Assembly: GCF_039982395.1 (NCBI RefSeq)
Contig: NZ_JBDWYO010000001.1
Location: 928,698 to 992,697, forward strand
Reading direction: 5' to 3'
Origin: Parasphingorhabdus sp.
Lineage (GTDB): Bacteria; Pseudomonadota; Alphaproteobacteria; Sphingomonadales; Sphingomonadaceae
DNA length: 64,000 nucleotides
Position numbers and translations under genes: made by a program. Positions 39,295 through 45,618 of this stretch are shown piece by piece. Below the pieces are notes generated by a model that was not told where the DNA came from, made no database searches, and saw only the letters and a list, made by a program, of their open reading frames with translations. The stretch's first letter is position 1, and each line of letters begins with the position of its first letter.

Positions 39295-39603
39295 ATGAAT
39301 AACGACGAAATGCTCGCCCGCCTGATGGCGCAGGCGGAAGGCGATGGGGCTGATCTTGTCACCCTCAGGGCGATTGTCGAGGAGGCGACGGATAGTGGCG
39401 CGGGGCGGGTGCTCGACCGGCTGGGTCTGGCCGATCCCGGCGCGCAGGATGATATTGACGAATTGCGCGAGCTGCTCCGTGCCTGGCGCGATGCCAAGGC
39501 CAGCGCGTGGAAAGCGGCGATCCGTTGGATTGTCCGCGGGGCGCTCGCCTTGCTGTTGGTCGGGATCGCGATGCGGCTGGGGCTGGGGCATCTTGTGTCA
39601 TGA
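39295..39603 (+). CDS. small GTA-cluster protein with a C-terminal TM helix (DUF6127-like)
   Basis: ORF track, 102 aa. AAGGAA Shine-Dalgarno upstream. It sits between the portal and protease genes. The stop overlaps the protease ATG (ATGA at 39600). Confidence 0.6.
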   Translation: MNNDEMLARLMAQAEGDGADLVTLRAIVEEATDSGAGRVLDRLGLADPGAQDDIDELRELLRAWRDAKASAWKAAIRWIVRGALALLLVGIAMRLGLGHLVS

Positions 39604-40091
39604 ATATGGCGAACAAGTCCGCTCGCCCTGGTCCTGTCGAAGGGCGTCTCGCGGCGAAAGCTGCTTCGACAGGCCCAGCACGAGCGGAGACCTCAAACAT
39701 TATTCGGTTCGCCGGCTATGCCGCCATCTTCAACCGGATCGACAAGGGCGGTGATATCATCCGGCCCGGGGCTTTTGGCGAATTGCCAGAGGGACAGTCT
39801 CTTCCGCTGCTTTGGCAGCACGATGCTAGGCAGCGGATCGGCCGTGTTGATCATGTGCGCGAGGACCGGCGCGGATTGCGGGTGATCGGGTCCATCTCGA
39901 CCGAGACACAGGCTGGGCGCGATGCGGCGGCCGGTTTGGCAAGCGGCGCTATGAAGGGTTTGAGTTTCGGGTATCGGGTGAACCGCTCCTCCGGTCAAAA
40001 GCCGCGCGAATTAATCGACCTGGATGTTGCCGAAATTTCGCTGGTCACTTTCCCAATGCAAAGCCTGGCGCGGGTTCTCAGGATAGAATGA
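39600..40091 (+). CDS. HK97-family prohead protease (g4-like)
   Basis: ORF track frame 39507-40091, with FAGYAAIFNRIDKGGDIIRPGAF and LSFGY motifs. Confidence 0.85.
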   Translation: MNMANKSARPGPVEGRLAAKAASTGPARAETSNIIRFAGYAAIFNRIDKGGDIIRPGAFGELPEGQSLPLLWQHDARQRIGRVDHVREDRRGLRVIGSISTETQAGRDAAAGLASGAMKGLSFGYRVNRSSGQKPRELIDLDVAEISLVTFPMQSLARVLRIE

Positions 40092-40163
40092 TATGCCGAT
40101 TTATCTTGATACAATTCCGATGAAGAGTATTAGTGAGATAATACACTCTGGAGAGTCACGAAT

Positions 40164-41006
40164 ATGAAGATCTTTGCAGCCTTCCTAACGCTTCTTTACT
40201 TCGCGGCTCAGCCAGCTCTCGCAGAAGACATCGTCAATGAAGAACCTGAACCCGTTCGGGTCATGGTGTTGGGCGTTTATCATTTTGCCAATCCGGGCGC
40301 TGATCTGAATAACGCCAAGGTCGACGATGTGCTGACGCCTCAGCGGCAGAAGGAACTTGCGACTCTTGCGGAGACTCTGAAGACGTTCCAACCCACTGTT
40401 GTCGCGGTCGAAGCTTCCGCAAAACCGCCCTATGCGGATGCTGGCTATCGTGACTTCAAACCTGAGGACCTGACCAAGAAACGGAACGAAACGGTGCAAA
40501 TCGGATATCGGGTTGCCCATGCCGCTGATATCGACCGGGTCTATGCGATCGATGAACAGCCATCCGAGGGAGAACCCGATTATTTCCCCTATGACCGCGT
40601 CCATCAGCAGGCGGAGGAAACGGGCGATGCCGAGCGTCTCAAAACAATGTCGGACTATGGCGTGCTGATTGCGGAATTTGAAGAGCAGCAAAAGAGCCAA
40701 TCGATTCCTGAGCTGTTGAAATTCTGGAACAGTGGCCGGTTTCCGGATGAATTTTACTGGAATGTGATGACCCTCGGTGAAGGCGAGAAACAAACCGGTG
40801 CGGAACTCGCGGCTTACTGGTTCATGCGCAATGCCAAGATTTTCAACAAGCTGGTGCAGGTGACCGAGCCGGGCGATCGCGTGATCGTTGTTTACGGCAG
40901 CGGTCATGGCGCATGGCTCCGCGAGATTGTCGAGAGAACACCAGGCTATGTTCTGGAACCGGCCATGCCCTATTTGCACAAGGCCACGGACGCCTTGTCC
41001 GAATAG
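40164..41006 (+). CDS. secreted DUF5694-like protein inserted in the GTA head module
   Basis: ORF track, 280 aa. The signal peptide is MKIFAAFLTLLYFAAQPALA. The motif VMVLGVYHFANPGADLNN...VLTPQRQKEL...PTVVAVE matches my memory of DUF5694. It is preceded by an AT-rich gap and followed by its own terminator. Confidence 0.6.
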   Translation: MKIFAAFLTLLYFAAQPALAEDIVNEEPEPVRVMVLGVYHFANPGADLNNAKVDDVLTPQRQKELATLAETLKTFQPTVVAVEASAKPPYADAGYRDFKPEDLTKKRNETVQIGYRVAHAADIDRVYAIDEQPSEGEPDYFPYDRVHQQAEETGDAERLKTMSDYGVLIAEFEEQQKSQSIPELLKFWNSGRFPDEFYWNVMTLGEGEKQTGAELAAYWFMRNAKIFNKLVQVTEPGDRVIVVYGSGHGAWLREIVERTPGYVLEPAMPYLHKATDALSE

Positions 41007-41030
41007 AGCAGGATATTTTGAAACAACCGA

Positions 41031-41056
41031 GCCGCCCCTCACCGGGCGGCTTTTTT
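41031..41056 (+). terminator. intrinsic terminator after the inserted gene, immediately upstream of the capsid gene
   Basis: GCCGCCC (41031-41037), loop CTCACC, GGGCGGC (41044-41050), then TTTTTT (41051-41056). Confidence 0.7.
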
Positions 41057-41079
41057 ATTGCCCCCAAGAAAGGAAAGAT

Positions 41080-42246
41080 ATGACAGATTCCCCCAAGTTT
41101 GAAACCAAGGCCGATCCGCTCGAAGAGTCTTTTGACGCGGTGCTGATGGCCGAGGATGTTGCCAATCAAAGCGGCGAAATCAAATCTCTGCGCACCGATG
41201 TCGACGGTCTCAAAAGCCAGATGACCGATATCTCCAAGGCCTCGGCGCGACCGGCGCTGGATGGCGCGAAAGGGATGCCGTCTTCGGCTGCCGCGCAGGA
41301 TTTCGTGGCCAAATATCTCCGGCGTGGAGATCAAACGGGCATCGAACTGAAAGGCTTCTCCGGCACATCCGGACCCGAGGGGGGCTTTGCTATCCCCCAG
41401 GAAATCGATGGTCTGATCGGAGCGACTCTCAAGGATATATCGCCGATCCGCTCGATCGCGACGGTGGTGCAGACCGGTACCGCCGGATATCGCAAGCTGG
41501 TCACCACCGGTGGCACACCCTCTGGCTGGGTTAGTGAGACCGCGGGCCGTCCGGAAACCGATACGCCTGATTTCAACGAGATCGCGCCGCCAACCGGAGA
41601 GCTTTACGCCAATCCGGCGGCGTCCCAGACGATGCTCGATGATGCCGCCTTCGATGTGGAAACCTGGCTCGCCGATGAAATCGCCCGCGAATTTTCCCAA
41701 GCGGAAGGCGCGGCCTTTGTCGGTGGCTCCGGCGTCAATCAACCGCGCGGTCTTCTCAATGCTGCGGTGACCGACGAGCCTGACGATGTCCGTGATTTCG
41801 GGGCTCTGCAATATGTGCCGTCCGGTGCGAGCGGCAGCTTTGCCAGCGAGGATGTGCTCGTTGACCTTGTCCACACGCTGCGGCCCGCCTACCGGCAAGG
41901 CGCATCTTTTGTGATGAACAGTTCGACCCTGGCCCATATCCGCAAGTTCAAGACGGCGGATGGCGCATTTCTGTGGCAGCCTTCGCTCGCCAACGGGCAG
42001 CCCGCGACCTTGCTCGGCTATCCGGTGGTTGAGGCAGAAGATATGCCCGATATCGCTGCAGACAGCCTGTCGATTGCCTTTGGCAATTTCCGCGCCGGCT
42101 ATCTGATCGCCGAACGCAGCGCGACCAGCATTCTGCGCGATCCGTTCACCAACAAGCCATTTGTCCATTTCTACGCAACCAAGCGCGTGGGTGGTCAGGT
42201 GATGAATGCGGAAGCGATCAAACTGATGCAGTTTAGCGCTTCCTAA
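41080..42246 (+). CDS. HK97-family major capsid protein (g5-like)
   Basis: ORF track frame 40888-42246. The ATG at 41080 follows AGGAAAG. It has an N-terminal coiled delta-like region and the GGFAIPQEID motif. Confidence 0.88.
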   Translation: MTDSPKFETKADPLEESFDAVLMAEDVANQSGEIKSLRTDVDGLKSQMTDISKASARPALDGAKGMPSSAAAQDFVAKYLRRGDQTGIELKGFSGTSGPEGGFAIPQEIDGLIGATLKDISPIRSIATVVQTGTAGYRKLVTTGGTPSGWVSETAGRPETDTPDFNEIAPPTGELYANPAASQTMLDDAAFDVETWLADEIAREFSQAEGAAFVGGSGVNQPRGLLNAAVTDEPDDVRDFGALQYVPSGASGSFASEDVLVDLVHTLRPAYRQGASFVMNSSTLAHIRKFKTADGAFLWQPSLANGQPATLLGYPVVEAEDMPDIAADSLSIAFGNFRAGYLIAERSATSILRDPFTNKPFVHFYATKRVGGQVMNAEAIKLMQFSAS

Positions 42247-42252
42247 GCCCTT

Positions 42253-42311
42253 GCTGCGCTTCGGTGCAGCGCGCCCGCGCCGGTCGCTCCCCTTCTATCT
42301 GGCGCGGGCGC
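42253..42311 (+). promoter_or_regulatory. two consecutive GC-rich stem-loops directly after the capsid stop codon
   Basis: The first is GCTGCGC-TTCG-GTGCAGC (42253-42270). The second is a perfect 11-bp stem, GCGCCCGCGCC (42271-42281) / GGCGCGGGCGC (42301-42311). No T-run follows. Confidence 0.5.
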
Positions 42312-42340
42312 ATATCTTGAACATCAAATGAAAGGATGCT

Positions 42341-42892
42341 GTGATCGTGAGCTTCCCCATTGCTGACTGGCCCGATGTGCCGGCAGATCTGATCGCAGAG
42401 GTCAGGGATTTTATCCGGATCGATCATCTGGTCGATGATGATGCCATCGATGCGTTTCTGCGCAGCGCAGCCTCGTTGTGCGAGGATTTTACCGGCCAGA
42501 TGCTGATTGCCCGTTCGGTGACCGACATGCTGCCAGCGCGCCAAATGTGGCAAAAACTGAAGCGGCTTCCGGTGCAATCGATCGTCTCGGTCGAGCGTGT
42601 CGCGGCTGACGGAATCGCGTCGGCGCTGGCGGTCGAGGACTATGCTATCGACATAGACAGCGACGGAATCGGCTGGATCAGGCTGTGCCAAAGCGCTGAC
42701 GATTCCCGCTTGCGGGTGCGCTACGGTAGCGGTCTGGCGACCGATTGGGACGAGCTTCCAGAGAGTTTGCGTCAGGGTATCGTCCGCATGGCCGGCTATC
42801 TATACGCCAATCGCGACGGTGTGGATCCCGGTGGGCCACCGAGCGCAGTGACCGCGCTATGGCGCCCCTATCGCCGGATGCGGATCGCGTGA
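42341..42892 (+). CDS. head-tail connector protein (gp6-like, g6-like)
   Basis: ORF track, 183 aa. GTG start. The motif LIAEVRDFIRIDHLVDDDAIDAFLRSAASLCEDFTGQ is typical of phage gp6-like connectors. Confidence 0.75.
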   Translation: MIVSFPIADWPDVPADLIAEVRDFIRIDHLVDDDAIDAFLRSAASLCEDFTGQMLIARSVTDMLPARQMWQKLKRLPVQSIVSVERVAADGIASALAVEDYAIDIDSDGIGWIRLCQSADDSRLRVRYGSGLATDWDELPESLRQGIVRMAGYLYANRDGVDPGGPPSAVTALWRPYRRMRIA

Positions 42893-43218
42893 TGGGGCAG
42901 GAATTTTCAGGCTATTTGCGCGAACGGATAACAATCCAGCGGCAGTCTGCCGCGCGGGATATGTTGGGCTCGGCCGAATCACAATTTGAAACCATCGGTG
43001 AATATTGGGCAGCAGCAGAAGCTCTGCAAAGCAGCAGCACCAGCGAAGCCGAGAGCCGTTCCGCCATGCCGCGCTGGCGATTTCTTTTGCGAGAGACGCG
43101 AGCAATCAAGCCCGGCGACCAGCTGCTTTGGGGCGATCGTGTGATGACTGTATCGAGCGTCACTCTGGAGCATCGCCTGATCCCGAAAACCATCCTGCAG
43201 GCGGAAGAAAAGAGATGA
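42892..43218 (+). CDS. head-tail adaptor / head-closure protein (g7-like)
   Basis: ORF track frame 42745-43218. The ATG at 42892 overlaps the upstream TGA. The N-terminus is MGQEFSGYLRERITIQRQ. Confidence 0.7.
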   Translation: MGQEFSGYLRERITIQRQSAARDMLGSAESQFETIGEYWAAAEALQSSSTSEAESRSAMPRWRFLLRETRAIKPGDQLLWGDRVMTVSSVTLEHRLIPKTILQAEEKR

Positions 43219-43436
43219 TGGATAGTCTGAAGAAACGGGGCGACGTCGTTGCCGGAAAACAGCTGGCTCAGACCAAATCCGAAATCAAATCGGCCCTGGA
43301 AGAAGAATTGCCCGGCGATGCCCAGATCCTTGAAACTGTGGAGGGTGTCGTGGTGGAAGCAGATGGGTTGCGAGAGCAGCTACTCGAGAATAGCAGCCTG
43401 CGCGATGTCGCCTTTCTGATGCGGGCGGCACGATGA
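43215..43436 (+). CDS. small hypothetical GTA-cluster protein (73 aa)
   Basis: ORF track frame 43005-43436. The ATG at 43215 overlaps the upstream stop (ATGA) and its own stop overlaps the next ATG. No family recognised. Confidence 0.5.
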   Translation: MMDSLKKRGDVVAGKQLAQTKSEIKSALEEELPGDAQILETVEGVVVEADGLREQLLENSSLRDVAFLMRAAR

Positions 43437-43831
43437 GTAGCGCGCTGGAGGCAGTCCAACAGCAATTGGTGATACAGTTGAACGGAAACGCGCCCTTGAT
43501 GGATCTGGTCAGCGGCATTTTTGACGGTCCCCCGCCGCGTGCGGATTTTCCCTATATCGCCTTGGCGACGGGAGCATCTCTGGACTGGAGCCACAAGGGT
43601 GGCGTGGGCCGCGAGCTAAGCCTCGCACTCACCATATATGATGACGGCGAAACGGCGGCGCGACTGCATCGGCTGATGACCCTGGTCGAGGATGCCCTGG
43701 AACCGGGACTGGACGACCCGGCTGGGTGGCAGATCGTCACCTTCGATTTTCGCAGGACGCGTGTTTTGCGCAGTGCGGTTAGCCCGTGGAGCGGGTTGAT
43801 CGAATATCGGGCGAGGGTTTTGAAGGTTTGA
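43433..43831 (+). CDS. DUF3168-type tail completion/terminator protein (g8-like)
   Basis: ORF track, 132 aa, with LNGNAPLMDLVSGIFDGPPPRADFPYIAL. Confidence 0.8.
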   Translation: MSSALEAVQQQLVIQLNGNAPLMDLVSGIFDGPPPRADFPYIALATGASLDWSHKGGVGRELSLALTIYDDGETAARLHRLMTLVEDALEPGLDDPAGWQIVTFDFRRTRVLRSAVSPWSGLIEYRARVLKV

Positions 43832-43836
43832 TTTAG

Positions 43837-44032
43837 CCTCAAGCGCCGGGCGGGCTGTTTACTTTGTCTCGCGGCAGTTCGCTACGCGAACACCTCCGAC
43901 GGGGCGGGCTATCGCCCGATGCGCGGTCGCGTTTGCCTCCGCTTCGCGTCGGTTCGGCTCTCCTACTGATTATTAGCTTCTAACCGAGCGCAGCGAGGCA
44001 AGGGCGCGGATGCGCCCGCCCGGCGCCTGAGG
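43837..44032. repeat. nested-palindromic GC-rich repeat element, copy B, inverted relative to copy A
   Basis: It starts CCTCAAGCGCCGGGCG (43837-43852, which matches the reverse complement of 39256-39271) and ends CAAGGGCGCGGATGCGCCCGCCCGGCGCCTGAGG (43999-44032, the exact reverse complement of 39065-39098). The shared inner core is at 43933-44001. Confidence 0.8.
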
Positions 44033-44099
44033 TTCAATAAAAACCCCCCGCAGCAAATTGCCGCGAGACAAAATAAACACAATATAAAGGAACCAGAAT

Positions 44100-44507
44100 A
44101 TGGCAGCAGAAAAAGGCAGCGCCTTTCTTTTGAAAATCGGCGATGGCGAGAGTCCTGTCGGCTACACGACCATTGCGGGCCTGCGGACCACGCAAATGTC
44201 GGTGAACGGAGAACCGGTTGCGATTACCAACAAGGACAGCGGCGGCTGGCGACAGTTGCTGTCGGGTGCTGGTGTGCGCTCTGTATCAGTGTCCGGCGCC
44301 GGCGTGTTTACAGGGTCCGATGCCGAACTGAGGATGAAGGGTCATGCCTTGGGCGGTATCCTCGATTCCTATGAGCTCAGCTTTGAAGGCGGTGAACGCA
44401 TGCAGGGCAATTTCCTGGTCGTGCGGCTGGACTATAGCGGCGATTTTAACAGCGAACGCAGCTATACGCTCAGCCTCGAAAGCTCGGGTCCGGTGATCAA
44501 TGTCTGA
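44100..44507 (+). CDS. major tail (tube) protein, TP901-1-like (g9-like)
   Basis: ORF track, 135 aa, with MAAEKGSAFLLKIGDG. Confidence 0.85.
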   Translation: MAAEKGSAFLLKIGDGESPVGYTTIAGLRTTQMSVNGEPVAITNKDSGGWRQLLSGAGVRSVSVSGAGVFTGSDAELRMKGHALGGILDSYELSFEGGERMQGNFLVVRLDYSGDFNSERSYTLSLESSGPVINV

Positions 44508-44826
44508 TCCCGCTAACCGTTTGCGCGGCGAGGCAAGTATATTGGTCGGCCATGAACAGATTGTCCTGCGTCCGACTTTTTCCGCTCTCGTTGCTGCAGA
44601 AGACGAGCTTGGTTCGCTTTTCGATCTTGTCGAACGGGCATCTGCGGGGCAGCTGAAGTTGAGCGAGATTGTGACCCTGTTCTGGCATTGTGTCCGGGAG
44701 CGACCGGATCATTTGACCCTAGACAGGTTGGGCGAGGCTGTCGCGTTGCTCGGTCTCAGCGGCGTGACGCCAGCGCTGAAAATCCTGCTCATGCAGATTT
44801 TGCAAGGCCAGCCGGCCGAGAACTGA
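44500..44826 (+). CDS. GTA tail assembly chaperone (g10-like)
   Basis: ORF track, 108 aa, with RLRGEASILVGHEQIVLRPTFSALVAAEDELG. Confidence 0.75.
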   Translation: MSDPANRLRGEASILVGHEQIVLRPTFSALVAAEDELGSLFDLVERASAGQLKLSEIVTLFWHCVRERPDHLTLDRLGEAVALLGLSGVTPALKILLMQILQGQPAEN

Positions 44827-45038
44827 TGGCCGAGAATTTTGGTGCATCCGCAGCGCGCCTTGCGAGTCTTGTACCCCTGACCCTGGGCTGGACGCCGGAT
44901 CAGTTCTGGCGCGCCACTCCGGAAGAGTTGACTGGGTTGTTCCGGTCTCTGGAGGGCTCTGTAGCCGGTCTGGATTCCCCCTTGCCGCTCGATCAATCGA
45001 CTTTTGAACACTTGAAAGAAACCTATCCCGATGGATGA
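44826..45038 (+). CDS. second tail assembly chaperone-like protein (rcc01693-like)
   Basis: ORF track frame 44688-45038. The ATG at 44826 overlaps the upstream TGA. It has the motif LGWTPDQFWRATPEEL. Confidence 0.65.
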   Translation: MAENFGASAARLASLVPLTLGWTPDQFWRATPEELTGLFRSLEGSVAGLDSPLPLDQSTFEHLKETYPDG

Positions 45039-45618
45039 AGAAATAGAACGTCTGGTCGTCAGCGTGCGCGCGGACACCGCTGGCTTTGCGAAAGATATAG
45101 CGGATATGAAAGGGCAGCTAGATGGCCCCTTTGCATCGGGGCTGGACCGGGCCGGGTTGGCGCTGGAGAATACACTTAGCCGGGCGATCCGGCGTGGCTC
45201 TCTCGATTTTGAAGATCTACGCCGGGTTGCTCTTTCGGTCATTAACGATATCGCCAGTGCCGCGATCAATGGCGGATTATCGGGCCTGTTCGGGAACGGA
45301 ACTGCCGGTACCGGCAGCGGTCTGTTCAATTTAGGAACGTCTTTGCTGAGCGCCTTTTTGGGTGCACCGGGCCGCGCCACCGGCGGCCCCGTCACCGGAG
45401 GTCGCGCCTATATGGTCGGCGAGCGAGGGCCAGAACTATTCGTGCCGACCGCAGCGGGCCGGATTGAACAGACAGCGTCTGCTGGCAGCACAGCGAACAT
45501 CCGTTTGACCATCAATATTTCGGACAATGGGCAAGGAAGCGCGCCGGATCAAATGAGGCGGTCGAGCCGACAAGTGGCGCGAGCGGTGCGCAACGCGCTG
45601 ACGGCAAAGGCGGGTTGA
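45031..45618 (+). CDS. short tail tape measure protein (g11/g12-like)
   Basis: ORF track, 195 aa, with GGPVTGGRAYMVGERGPELFVP. Confidence 0.75.
   Translation: MDEEIERLVVSVRADTAGFAKDIADMKGQLDGPFASGLDRAGLALENTLSRAIRRGSLDFEDLRRVALSVINDIASAAINGGLSGLFGNGTAGTGSGLFNLGTSLLSAFLGAPGRATGGPVTGGRAYMVGERGPELFVPTAAGRIEQTASAGSTANIRLTINISDNGQGSAPDQMRRSSRQVARAVRNALTAKAG

Noticed and set aside
40843-42168. 441-aa minus-strand ORF, one of the longest in the window
   Set aside because: It lies entirely antisense to the HK97-type capsid gene and the end of the inserted gene. Its Arg/Gly/Ala-rich composition is typical of antisense frames in GC-rich DNA. It has no motifs. The plus-strand product has clear capsid signatures.
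39065-44079. Possible CRISPR array or other spaced-repeat locus
   Set aside because: There are only two copies, about 200 bp long, in inverted orientation and 4.6 kb apart, with coding genes between them. No short direct repeats with uniform spacers occur anywhere in the window, and there are no cas genes.
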